Assembly (NCBI GenBank): GCA_963836235.1
Contig: CAWIIP010000002.1
Span: forward strand, 128,001-192,000
Direction of reading: 5' to 3'
Length of the DNA stretch: 64,000 bases
DNA from: an uncultured Pseudomonadota bacterium
GTDB taxonomy: Bacteria; Oederibacteriota; Muellerivitia; Muellerivitales; Muellerivitaceae
Each line of letters starts with the position of its first letter. The first letter of the stretch is position 1. The notes under the pieces were generated by a model. The model saw only the letters and a list, made by a program, of their open reading frames with translations. It was not told the origin of the DNA and made no database searches. Of this stretch, positions 1 to 9,169 are shown piece by piece. The translations under genes and the position numbers were made by a program.

Positions 1-2626
1 TCAAGGTCGTCCAGGGGGAAGCGGTGGTCGGGTCGAACTGGGAGAGCGGGTTGGGGATGACCACCGGGAAGGGCGATCCTCCCCTGTTCGAGACGACCAT
101 GTAACCATCGTCCGAGGTGAAGGCCGGTTCCCAGACGCCCGAAATATTCGGGGCGCCGGGCGGCACAAAGGTTTTCAGGGCGGTCGTGCTCCCCTGCATT
201 TCGTAGGTATGGACCTCTGCGGCGGTGATGGAGGTGTTAAAAAGGCAGGTGTTTGAGTTGTTGACTAGGGCCGAGGCCTGGTATTGGAGCAACCTTGTGT
301 TCCCGTTGGATTCTTCCCAAAAATCCGAAATATAGAGGTTCCCATGATGGTCCATGGCAAGGGACCCCGGATTGGATAATACCTTGTAGGTCGGCGGCCT
401 ACTGCATCCATCATAAGCCCCGGAACCAAAAGCCCCTCCCCCGTTGCATCCCGTTGTGGTGGAATTGGCCTGTCCCAGGATGAAATCCACCTTGGGAGCG
501 GGGCCCAAGGGATCCCGGACGCGAAAGACGCGGTTGGTCGCGGGGTCCGCGACCCAAAGCCAGGAGACGGCCCCATTGGTAGCGGTCACCGGCACCATAT
601 CGGTGACATTATCGAGACTAAGGGTTTGCAAGGGACCCGACGGCTTCAAAACTGGGATGTTTTCGTTGAGGATGAAAGCGGGCGTCGCGTAGGAGGTTAA
701 AGGCAGGTTATAAACCTGCATATAGTGATCCCCCAGATTTTCCGCCACCGCCCAAAGTTTCTGGGGATTCGCCTGGTCCACATGGACCCGGCCAAAAACT
801 GTGACCCCCGTGTTCTCGGCGTCAGTGGCATTCACTCCCGCGTATCCGTCCGGAGCCTTGCCGTTGGCGAGGGAAAGGTCCCCGGGGCCGCCGGACATGT
901 TCCAATACATGATCCGGTCGTGGTCAGAAATGACCAACTGGGCAGGGCTGACGTTCTCGGCCACCGCCACGCCTTTGCCCTGGTTGAAATTCGCTGGCCC
1001 TACCGTGTTCACCATCCCTGTTTGGGTCTGCTTGAAAATATCTACGTCCGCCGATTCCGCGACGCCAATGGTCGGGGTTCCCGGGGGCGGAAAGCGCCAG
1101 ACGTCCATGTAAGTGGAGGTGCCGCCGACATAAGCGTACCCATTGGAGTCGAATGCCACACCGCGCGGGCCTGTAATCTGCCAGGCGTTTTGCGAGGAAC
1201 CCGTGGGCGGGGGATAGGGATAATAGAAATAGGGAGAAACTCCACTGCCACTCGGGGGAAAGGGGTTGTGATCGTTGGGTGTACCCGAGGCCGTGGTCCA
1301 TACTTTGCCCTGCAGGAGCACTTTGGGGGCGGTCACGATGGGCGGATAGGGTTTGGGATAATGGGTGTATTGAAACTGGAACTCGACGACTTGGTTCATT
1401 TCAATAGACGCATTCTGGGTATAAGCCGCCCAGAGATTGCCGTTATTGTCAAATTCCAGACCTAAAGGACTTCCGTCAATGTTAGTGATCACCCTTTCCG
1501 CGGCTTGGCCCGAAGTGTAAAGGGGAATCCCCGCGCTAACGGAGGTCGGCTCAAAAATCACTATTCTCCCATTGCCCACGCTGTCCGATACGTAAACATT
1601 CCCCAAATTGTCCACCCTTACCGCGATGGGTTCGGTCAGGCCCTTCGTGCCGGTTACCGGTACTTGTCCATATCCATAGTTGAAATCCGGTTGTCCCAAA
1701 ACCACATCGGCGCCCTTCGCGGGGGCGCCACCGTTGTAGGCCGGATTGGTTGGGTCCGTGATCAGGGGAAAACGCAGGACCCGGTTATTCGCATAATCCG
1801 CCACCCAGAGGTTGCCCCAGGGATCGATGGCCGCACCGCCGGAAGCGTGGTTGAAACTCAAAGTGGAGTTGCTGGGATAGGCCACGACAGTAGAATCGGG
1901 GGGTTGTTGGTTGGACCCGTAACTCGTGAAATCCGGTTGGCCCCAAACGAAAGCGGCCGCAACCGCGGTCCCATTCGTGAAATTGGCGATATCGGCCGCG
2001 TTATAGCGAAGCACCCGGTTGTTGCCCGGGTCCGGCACGTAAAGGTTGCCCTGGGAATCCACCGCCATGTAAGAGCTGGTGTTGAATTCGAACGGGGAAT
2101 AATCGTCCTCCATGCTTCCGCAAAGGCTGGAGGAACTGGGCTGGGGGAAATTGGGATAGTCCTGGTAATTGGAATCCCCGTTGCAGGTGCAGTGGCTGAA
2201 ATCCGGCTGGCCCAATACGATGTCCGCGTTATAGCCAAGCTGGCCCATGGGCGCGTTGGGCTGGAATTCGCCGACGTTCAAAAATCCCAGGACCCGGCTG
2301 TTTCCCGCGTCCCAGACGTATAACCGATTCGGCGTCTGCGAGCGGTCTACCACAGGAGCGCCAGGATTGAAAACACCTCCGCTGGACGCCTGATTGGGCC
2401 TGTAGTCTCCAAAAGCGGAATTCGGGATATTGATGGCCCCACCGCCAACCGGCCCGTCCGTTTGGCCCAAGATCACGTCCGCCCAAAGATCTCCCGAAAC
2501 GCCCCGGGGGGGGAGCACCAAGGGCAAAGCGTTCAAAAACTCCGGCAATAAAAAATATAGGGTGGCCAATAATGCCACCCCAAAGCCAAAATACTTATGA
2601 CTGTAAATACCAGTTTTCTGGTTCAT
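1..2626 (-). CDS. Large secreted NHL-repeat (beta-propeller) protein, 3' end beyond the window
   Basis: Absent from the ORF track because it runs off the left edge. Manual translation from the ATG at 2626 gives MNQKTGIYSHKYFGFGVALLATLYFLL (signal-like), then NHL-type repeats: RLYVWDAGNSRVLGF, AVDSQGNLYVPDPGNNRVLRY, AIDPWGNLWVADYANNRVLRF, ADVVLGQPDF. Confidence 0.8.
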   Translation of the reverse strand, partial: MNQKTGIYSHKYFGFGVALLATLYFLLPEFLNALPLVLPPRGVSGDLWADVILGQTDGPVGGGAINIPNSAFGDYRPNQASSGGVFNPGAPVVDRSQTPNRLYVWDAGNSRVLGFLNVGEFQPNAPMGQLGYNADIVLGQPDFSHCTCNGDSNYQDYPNFPQPSSSSLCGSMEDDYSPFEFNTSSYMAVDSQGNLYVPDPGNNRVLRYNAADIANFTNGTAVAAAFVWGQPDFTSYGSNQQPPDSTVVAYPSNSTLSFNHASGGAAIDPWGNLWVADYANNRVLRFPLITDPTNPAYNGGAPAKGADVVLGQPDFNYGYGQVPVTGTKGLTEPIAVRVDNLGNVYVSDSVGNGRIVIFEPTSVSAGIPLYTSGQAAERVITNIDGSPLGLEFDNNGNLWAAYTQNASIEMNQVVEFQFQYTHYPKPYPPIVTAPKVLLQGKVWTTASGTPNDHNPFPPSGSGVSPYFYYPYPPPTGSSQNAWQITGPRGVAFDSNGYAYVGGTSTYMDVWRFPPPGTPTIGVAESADVDIFKQTQTGMVNTVGPANFNQGKGVAVAENVSPAQLVISDHDRIMYWNMSGGPGDLSLANGKAPDGYAGVNATDAENTGVTVFGRVHVDQANPQKLWAVAENLGDHYMQVYNLPLTSYATPAFILNENIPVLKPSGPLQTLSLDNVTDMVPVTATNGAVSWLWVADPATNRVFRVRDPLGPAPKVDFILGQANSTTTGCNGGGAFGSGAYDGCSRPPTYKVLSNPGSLAMDHHGNLYISDFWEESNGNTRLLQYQASALVNNSNTCLFNTSITAAEVHTYEMQGSTTALKTFVPPGAPNISGVWEPAFTSDDGYMVVSNRGGSPFPVVIPNPLSQFDPTTASPWTTL

Positions 2627-2692
2627 ATCTTGCGCAACCACTTTTTAAAGAATTCCAAACTTTAAAAATACTCCGATATCTGACGTATAAGA

Positions 2693-2723
2693 GTGACGGA
2701 AACGATCTCGTTTATTCCAAAAT
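2693..2723 (-). promoter_or_regulatory. Putative ECF-sigma promoter upstream of the NHL gene
   Basis: Minus strand reads ATTTTGGAATAAA-N12-CGTCAC. The same 13-mer and spacing recur upstream of the ECF sigma gene. Confidence 0.5.
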
Positions 2724-2820
2724 TAAAAAATATTTTTGTTTAGAAAGGTTTGATTCATAGACAGTTTATGGGCGAAAAACAAATAGCGACTTGCCATTAA
2801 CAGGATTGACGTCAAAGAAT

Positions 2821-3702
2821 TTAGTGAATCTCAACATTTTTACGTTCAACAAAAAATCCAGCTCTGACCTCAATTTGATAAAAGCCGACTCCCGCTTTTA
2901 GCCCATTAGACACATGGCCATCCCATTCAAAGACCCAATGACCTGGCCCTAAGGTGCCGTTATACAAGGGTTGTATCTGAATTCCCTTTGAATCCAAGAC
3001 ATTTACAGTTAGAGCCGTTGGAGTACTTAAATGGACAACGGCCGAAACACTCGAGTAATCGTTTTTAGAGGTTTGATCCAAATTTATTGGTTGAGAAGGA
3101 ATCCGGACCTTGGTTAGAGATTCAGACTGACCTTCATAAGAGGGTGAAATCGATGCCTTCATTTGCTTTGTTTCGGATCCCGGTTGAATCCTATGAGCGG
3201 GCATGTCGTTATGCGGGGATGAAGTATCTTGATCCATACTCTTGGATTCTATTTCGATGGACTTCTGTTCGGTCTGTTTTGAACGTATTTCAACGTTAGA
3301 TTTTGAGGTGTTTAGAGATTCGGATTGGCTTCTTTGGTTTGACTTTAATCCCTCCCCATTCAAGACTGGAACTGTCCTCGGTTGGACTGCGTTAACCGGA
3401 ATACCCCAACTGCCGACTATAACCTTCAATTCCCCGCCCCATTTATTCCAACCTAAATAAGTCGCGCTCAGTCCTAAGATGAATAAACCAGCACCAATCC
3501 ATGGTTTAATCCCGCTTCCGGGATTTGAGGAAGGTCCATCTGGTTCTTGCGGTTCGGGGTACCCATAACGGGTATAGGCCGCCTGAGCTAGCCCAGCGAA
3601 TTTCTCCGTCAATTCTTCCGAAGCCCATAGGGCATCGCTCAGAAGCTGTTCCTCGGCTTCCGTCAAACCTTCCATAAAAAATTTTTCCACCAGGTCAGGC
3701 AC
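2821..3702 (-). CDS. Putative membrane anti-sigma factor with C-terminal FlgD/CTD-like Ig domain
   Basis: Overlaps the ECF sigma stop. It has a short cytoplasmic N-terminus, one TM helix (WIGAGLFILGLSATYLGW), a low-complexity linker and a C-terminal VLDSKG..HWVFEWDG..GFYQIEV motif. Confidence 0.65.
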   Translation of the reverse strand: MPDLVEKFFMEGLTEAEEQLLSDALWASEELTEKFAGLAQAAYTRYGYPEPQEPDGPSSNPGSGIKPWIGAGLFILGLSATYLGWNKWGGELKVIVGSWGIPVNAVQPRTVPVLNGEGLKSNQRSQSESLNTSKSNVEIRSKQTEQKSIEIESKSMDQDTSSPHNDMPAHRIQPGSETKQMKASISPSYEGQSESLTKVRIPSQPINLDQTSKNDYSSVSAVVHLSTPTALTVNVLDSKGIQIQPLYNGTLGPGHWVFEWDGHVSNGLKAGVGFYQIEVRAGFFVERKNVEIH

Positions 3703-4267
3703 GAGTTCCCTCCCGGAGGATATTTAGCACCAATTGTTTCAAGGCTTCCTTACAACGGGTCAACCGGGACATGACGGTACCTATGGGAATTTTCAAATTT
3801 TCGGCGATGACGGCGTAGCTTAGGTTGTCCTCGTCCCATAATTTCAAAAGCTCCCGACAGGGATTTCCCATCATATCTCTTTGAGACCTCACCAGCTGGA
3901 TCATCCTTTTCTTCTCATCTTCTACTTCCACCTGCCTTTCCTGTTGGACCAAAGCCGGGGCCGAAAGACTTTCCAATTCACTTTCCAGTTGGACTACTTG
4001 GCGTTTGCGCTTTCGAATACGCTCATAGCAAAGGAAAACGCAGATGCGGTAAAGCCACCGGTTCAGGCTGGAACGAAACTCGAATTCTGGAAGTTTGCGA
4101 AGGGCCACCATAAAGGCTTCCTGGGCCACATCCTCGGCCTCCGGATCCTGGTAACCCAATATGTAAACGCAAGTTTTGTAGAGTTTAGTCCGATAAGTAT
4201 GAAAAAAATATTTTTCCGCTTCCTCATCTTTTGCGAGAAGCTTTTGTACCAATTCACGATCTTCCAA
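3695..4267 (-). CDS. ECF-family RNA polymerase sigma-70 factor
   Basis: Region 2 AEDVAQEAF..WLYRI and region 4 LSYAVIAENLKIPIGTVMSRLTR. TTG start at 4267 chosen because an AGGAG RBS precedes it; the track start is 4318. Confidence 0.92.
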   Translation of the reverse strand: MEDRELVQKLLAKDEEAEKYFFHTYRTKLYKTCVYILGYQDPEAEDVAQEAFMVALRKLPEFEFRSSLNRWLYRICVFLCYERIRKRKRQVVQLESELESLSAPALVQQERQVEVEDEKKRMIQLVRSQRDMMGNPCRELLKLWDEDNLSYAVIAENLKIPIGTVMSRLTRCKEALKQLVLNILREGTRA

Positions 4268-4326
4268 TGACTTCTCCTGATAAGAATAAAAAGCGGTTAA
4301 ATAATAAATGGCGTCCATAACAATAA

Positions 4327-4357
4327 GTGGTGGATCAAGATGGTTTTATTCCAAAAT
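4327..4357 (-). promoter_or_regulatory. Putative autoregulatory ECF-sigma promoter
   Basis: Minus strand reads ATTTTGGAATAAA-N12-CACCAC, matching the motif at 2693-2723. Confidence 0.45.
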
Positions 4358-4397
4358 GCCCAATAAAACCCTTTTGTCATGTCATTAGGCCCAAATT

Positions 4398-5858
4398 TTA
4401 GGGGGAAGCACGGTATTTATTCAACCATACTTTGAGGGCCTGGTCGTCCGGCCTTAAATCAAGCACCTTTTGAAAACATTGGATGGCGTCGGTTTTTCGA
4501 TTCGCTTGATAATAAATCTTACCCATCTTCCACCAAGCCTGTAGGTTTTGTGGATCTTGTTGGACAGCTTTTTGATATAGCACCAAGGCCTCCACGAGAT
4601 GACCCTGTGTAGCCATTTGATCCCCTTGGGATGTGAAGTCGGCAGGAATATCAAAATGAAGTGCAAGGCTATTTCCGGCTTCCCTATCCTTTTCAGTTTG
4701 GGGAGCAGCTACGGTGGAAGGTGTAGAGGGAACAGTAATTACAGTGGATGTAGGTAAAGAAGACCCGTTCCCTCCCGCTTGAGTGGGTGACAGAGGGACC
4801 GACATCCCGGTTAAAGACGCGGATGTACCAGGGGTCCTTTTTGACTGCGAGTTCGATAAAGATTGGGCGTTGGAAGGCGCCAGAACGGACCTTGAATTTT
4901 TAGGTCTTTGCCCCAAAAAATAAGAGAGGCTGAATCGGTTCGAATCGGAAAGATTCCCGGAAGGGGTGTAAGCATAATCCAGCCCAAAATCAGATAAAAT
5001 TATGCCCGCCCCAATAGAAATGTTAGAAAATCCCTCATAACCGTTGTCATTGAACGGGATTTGATAACCCGCCCTTAAAAAATACATGTGCCGATAGGAA
5101 GCTTCGATTCCGGCCTGTAGGTAATCCAAAGAATTAGACTGGAGAGCGTTGCCGAGGGCCGTCAAAATCTTTGTGGAAGAATCCAAAGAAAAATCCCAAG
5201 AGGCGCCTGTTTTCAGAACCGAAACGAGAGGGCTTCCAAAAGAGCCCCAACCGGGGGCAAGGTAATCCAGGCCGATCTTCCATCCCTTCCAAGGGTTCAA
5301 GAGCACTCCCACATCCGCGGTAAGAAAAGAATAAGAACTACCCACAATTTCTTGCTGCGAATAATGGAGAGCCGTCCCTGCGGCAAATCCCTTGAGAAGG
5401 GTTATCCCCCATCCGGCCTGAAAACCAAAACGACCAGCGCTGTAACTGGGAGTCAGGGAACCGGAGGTGTCACGCCCCTCAAAAGTTCCGTAATCAAGAT
5501 AGCTACCCGCTAGGCCTATCCCCCCAAAACTACCCGCCGGTATTGCGAGAACACCCGTTTCTTGGGCCGCATCCACCAGCCCAAAATAACTATCGAAAGC
5601 CACTTGCGCCCTAATCAAGGAGGCCAATCCAGCGGGGTTGTTGAAAAGAGCCGAGGTGTCGTCGGCCACCCCAACAAAAGCTGGTCCCAGGATCACCGAA
5701 CGGGCGGAGTAACCCAGATCTTGGATGGAGTTTGATTGGCTGGCGGCATCGTACAAGGTCTGAGAAGTTTGAGAGCTGGCTTGGCCCGAGAGAAAAAAAA
5801 ATAAAGCAATAACTCCTATAGCGGTCTTGTGAACGGAATTGCCTTTTATTAAATTCAT
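4398..5858 (-). CDS. PorV/PorQ-like outer-membrane beta-barrel with C-terminal TPR
   Basis: GYSARSVILGPAFVGVADDTSALFNNPAGLA motif, YLDYGTFEGRD, barrel end LDYAYTPSGNLSDSNRFSLSY, Ser/Pro linker, then TPR helices. Confidence 0.8.
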   Translation of the reverse strand: MNLIKGNSVHKTAIGVIALFFFLSGQASSQTSQTLYDAASQSNSIQDLGYSARSVILGPAFVGVADDTSALFNNPAGLASLIRAQVAFDSYFGLVDAAQETGVLAIPAGSFGGIGLAGSYLDYGTFEGRDTSGSLTPSYSAGRFGFQAGWGITLLKGFAAGTALHYSQQEIVGSSYSFLTADVGVLLNPWKGWKIGLDYLAPGWGSFGSPLVSVLKTGASWDFSLDSSTKILTALGNALQSNSLDYLQAGIEASYRHMYFLRAGYQIPFNDNGYEGFSNISIGAGIILSDFGLDYAYTPSGNLSDSNRFSLSYFLGQRPKNSRSVLAPSNAQSLSNSQSKRTPGTSASLTGMSVPLSPTQAGGNGSSLPTSTVITVPSTPSTVAAPQTEKDREAGNSLALHFDIPADFTSQGDQMATQGHLVEALVLYQKAVQQDPQNLQAWWKMGKIYYQANRKTDAIQCFQKVLDLRPDDQALKVWLNKYRASP

Positions 5859-5865
5859 GATGGCC

Positions 5866-7299
5866 TCAACGAACCACAGCGAATTTCTGGGTCTTGAGCC
5901 TTTCCGTGTTTCCTGAATCATAGTTTAAGGTGACCACATAATAGTAAATTCCGGGTGGCAACCGCGTCATGTCAAAAGAAGTGGTTTGGATGCCCATCGC
6001 TTTCCGGTCCGTGATATCCATGACTAATTCACCATTTTCATTGAGTATCTTCAGATCCATTTGGCCACTACCAACCATGTAATAAGCGAGGGTTGCCTGA
6101 TTGCCTCTGACAGGAGAAGGGTAAATGAAACACTGTCCTTCCAGGGGTGGATTAGAACCGAAATTAAACGGAAGCGGGGTTGGGCTCTGTGTCGCGGTTG
6201 GGCTTGATGTCGCGGTCGGAATGGATGTCGAGGTTGGGCTGGGTGTCGAGGTTGCAATGGATGTCGGGGTTGGGCTGGGAGTTGGAACCACGCACCCCAG
6301 CTTCACCAAACCACCATTATCTTGCGTAGACCCTACATAAACTGAGCCCGAACTATCTAAGGCGACTGCTTGAGCGTCATAATCTGACGGCAAGGAACTG
6401 CAGTTGGCTAATACTGCCAAGAAATTGGGGTCAAAAGCCCAATAACCTCCCGAACCCACTAAATAAATTTCGCCAGATCCGTTCTTCGCCATTTGGTGGG
6501 GATAAATGAATCCTCCCGTTGTAACGGTTGAAACATACCCGTAAGTCAGACTTCCAGCCGAAGCCTGGACAAACTTCAAAAGACGGCTATTCAAGGGGTC
6601 AGAGTAATAAAGCGTTGAAGGTGCCCCTCCAGTTCCCTCCTGCAACAAAAGCCCCCAATTGGGTCCTCGGGCGGGCGTGGGCGCATCCGGTGAAAAAATT
6701 AACTTTGCGGTTACTGGACCCGCTTGCGTTACCTTATAGGCGTTGCCAGAGCCGCCACCGACATAAATATCCTCACCCACGCTTTGGTCATCCGCATAAA
6801 CAGTGTCAAGCGTATCGGATGGGAAGCTGAAAGTGGCCGCCCTCGCCCCACCAGGCAGGGCAACCTTAAATACCGCATGATTACTATTATCCGCCACATA
6901 AAGGAATCCATCCTGGCCGCAGGTCATCATATTGACACCTCCATAACTGCCAGGCAAAGTCCCAATAGTAACTCCGTCAGTCGGGTTGACCGACTGAATC
7001 ACCGAAACTCCTCCGACATAAAGAGTTCCAGGCCCGGCGGGATCATAGGCCAACCCATTTGTATCAGTGCTAAAGGTTGTGTTTCCTTCGGGATAGGACC
7101 ATAAAGTGTTACAACAAAAGGTTGCAATAGGGGTTGGGGTTTGAGCCATGGCCTTTTCACACCAAACGATTCCCATAAAAACCGAAACAAGACCTATGAA
7201 AATAAATTTATTTTTTTTAAATAAATAATACTTTGGGCATTCAAAGAAGAGGAGGGCTTTGGTGGAGGCGAAAACTGTTCCAAAATAGTCTAATAACAT
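5866..7299 (-). CDS. Secreted beta-propeller protein with Thr/Pro linker and T9SS-like C-terminal sorting domain
   Basis: Signal peptide (..EKAMAQ), NHL-like repeats (LYVADNSNHAVFKV), PTPSPTPT linker, and C-terminal IYPSPV..LPPGIYYY..KFAVVR. Start uncertain. Confidence 0.75.
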   Translation of the reverse strand: MLLDYFGTVFASTKALLFFECPKYYLFKKNKFIFIGLVSVFMGIVWCEKAMAQTPTPIATFCCNTLWSYPEGNTTFSTDTNGLAYDPAGPGTLYVGGVSVIQSVNPTDGVTIGTLPGSYGGVNMMTCGQDGFLYVADNSNHAVFKVALPGGARAATFSFPSDTLDTVYADDQSVGEDIYVGGGSGNAYKVTQAGPVTAKLIFSPDAPTPARGPNWGLLLQEGTGGAPSTLYYSDPLNSRLLKFVQASAGSLTYGYVSTVTTGGFIYPHQMAKNGSGEIYLVGSGGYWAFDPNFLAVLANCSSLPSDYDAQAVALDSSGSVYVGSTQDNGGLVKLGCVVPTPSPTPTSIATSTPSPTSTSIPTATSSPTATQSPTPLPFNFGSNPPLEGQCFIYPSPVRGNQATLAYYMVGSGQMDLKILNENGELVMDITDRKAMGIQTTSFDMTRLPPGIYYYVVTLNYDSGNTERLKTQKFAVVR

Positions 7300-7677
7300 A
7301 CAAAACCACCAGCTTGCGTAAGATTAAAAGCTTTGTAGAAAATTTCCCGCAAGATCAAGTCGTCCTTTGAGGAATCAACCAGAGCGAACCTCTAAATATG
7401 AAAAATAATAGCATAGTAGTCGTTCTCGAGGTTTAAAAGCTTAGGAGAAAGTGGCGCGTATAATAAACAGCCTAATTTTTAACAACACGTTTTCGAAATT
7501 CATCCAAAAGCCCTAAAGTTATCGTCGCATAACACTACAAGTAAAACGTTGCAAATGCTCTTAGAACCTGACGATAAAAGAATATTTGAAAAAAATTTCC
7601 CGCTAGATGAGTAACGCGGTAAACGACGAAATGAGTCGGACCTCTTCAGAAAAATAAAAAGACTATTAATCTAAAAA

Positions 7678-7764
7678 TGGTGCCCGAGGTCGGACTTGAA
7701 CCGACATGACCGTGAGGTCGATAGATTTTGAGTCTATTGCGTCTGCCAATTTCGCCACTCGGGC
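7678..7764 (-). tRNA. tRNA-Leu(CAA)
   Basis: GCCCGAG acceptor stem, D-arm GTGGCGAAATTGGCAGACGC, anticodon arm ATAGA-CTCAAAA-TCTAT, long variable arm, GTTCAAGT T-loop, encoded CCA. Confidence 0.97.
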
Positions 7765-7824
7765 AAGGAGGGACAAGCAGGGACGGCATTCTAATAAAAA
7801 AAGTTTGGAATGAGAAGATAGAAA

Positions 7825-8790
7825 TTAGACGCGTGAACCTGCCGATTCCCAAAATTGGCTCAGATCGTCGGGGAGAGGGTCCTCAAAAACCATTTTGTCG
7901 CAGGTTTTTAAGTGGGTGAATTCCAGCCGAAAAGCGTGAAGCGCTTGTCGGGGCAAAAGCACTCGATTCTTCACCCAATCATCCCAGCCATTCTCATGGA
8001 AATAGGGAAACACTTCATCGTTACCTGAATAAATCTTATCTCCGACAATGGGATAGCCTAGGTGTTCCAAATGAACCCTGATCTGATGGGTTCTTCCGGT
8101 TAAAAGTCTCGCTTCCACCATTGAAAATTTTCCGCGCTTTTCTAAAAGTTTGAATTCAGTGACAGCGGGATGACCCCCATCTCCATTCACTGCCAATTTC
8201 ATTCGAATGGAGCTTCCTACTTTGGAACCGATGGAAGCTTCCAACCGAATGGGAGATTCGTCAAACATTCCAAACACAATGGCTTTGTAAGATTTCTTCA
8301 CCCTCTCGTCCCACTCTTTCTGGTAAAGAGCGACCAAGCCCTTGTCCTTTGCGAGAAGTAAAAGCCCACTGGTTTCGGAGTCCAAACGGTGGACCAAATG
8401 ATAATTTTGGGCTTCAGGCCGGTCCCGACGCAGGAGATGCATGAGGGTATTCTGGAAATAAGCACCGATGGCGTGAACTGGCAGAGGAGCCGGTTTGGAA
8501 ATAACCAACACTGTCTCGTCCTCGAACACCACCCTGTAATTGGGGTTCACTTCCGGTTCTTCCCATGACTGGGTGGTATAGGCCACTTCGTCCCCCGGCC
8601 TCAATGGCTGACCCTCCGAGGGAGTAAGTCCGTTCACCTTGACCTTCCCTTCTTGGATGCGTTCCCGCCATTCATCAGGGTTGTGGTAAGAAAAACGCTT
8701 AGACAGGAATTCCAGCAAGGTCTGGGAGCTTTTATGCTCCAGTCTCGTCACAAGGGTGATCGGTTTTTTCGTTTTAGGTTCAAGTTTCAT
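7825..8790 (-). CDS. RluA-family pseudouridine synthase with S4-like N-terminus
   Basis: HRLDSETSGLLL catalytic motif, TGRTHQIRVHL, RQALHA. Confidence 0.93.
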   Translation of the reverse strand: MKLEPKTKKPITLVTRLEHKSSQTLLEFLSKRFSYHNPDEWRERIQEGKVKVNGLTPSEGQPLRPGDEVAYTTQSWEEPEVNPNYRVVFEDETVLVISKPAPLPVHAIGAYFQNTLMHLLRRDRPEAQNYHLVHRLDSETSGLLLLAKDKGLVALYQKEWDERVKKSYKAIVFGMFDESPIRLEASIGSKVGSSIRMKLAVNGDGGHPAVTEFKLLEKRGKFSMVEARLLTGRTHQIRVHLEHLGYPIVGDKIYSGNDEVFPYFHENGWDDWVKNRVLLPRQALHAFRLEFTHLKTCDKMVFEDPLPDDLSQFWESAGSRV

Positions 8791-8888
8791 GTGGCTATTT
8801 AACCATAGAGTCAGGCGTCTGGGCCAAGACCTTGCGATATAATTCATCCATTAAGAGACACTCTATTTTCATAAGACGGGAGGGCGAT

Positions 8889-9152
8889 ATGACCGAAGGC
8901 GGATTGGAACCGTTGTTATTGGAAATTCAGACGTTGTCCCAAAAATACGCTATGGGCAAAATGGCCCGGAGGAAATTCGAGACTCAGTTAAAAAACCTGC
9001 AGGACCACCTGGATTCCGAAGTTATTATCCAGCGAATCCACCAGGAAAAGAAATCGGGCTTCTACCAAGGATTCATCGCGGCCAGTATTTGTTTGGCTCT
9101 CCTGTACTTATTCGTAAAAATGATTCCTTGGATTATGATTGCTCGTTTTTAA
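8889..9152 (+). CDS. Small membrane hypothetical protein
   Basis: GGAGG RBS before the ATG at 8889, C-terminal TM helix, fills the gap between flanking genes. Confidence 0.6.
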   Translation: MTEGGLEPLLLEIQTLSQKYAMGKMARRKFETQLKNLQDHLDSEVIIQRIHQEKKSGFYQGFIAASICLALLYLFVKMIPWIMIARF

Positions 9153-9169
9153 CCGAGTGCTGAACCCTG

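Noticed and set aside
725-2323. Plus-strand ORFs 725-1465 and 1505-2323
   Set aside because: Antisense shadows of the minus-strand NHL gene, which the track omits because it has no stop in the window.
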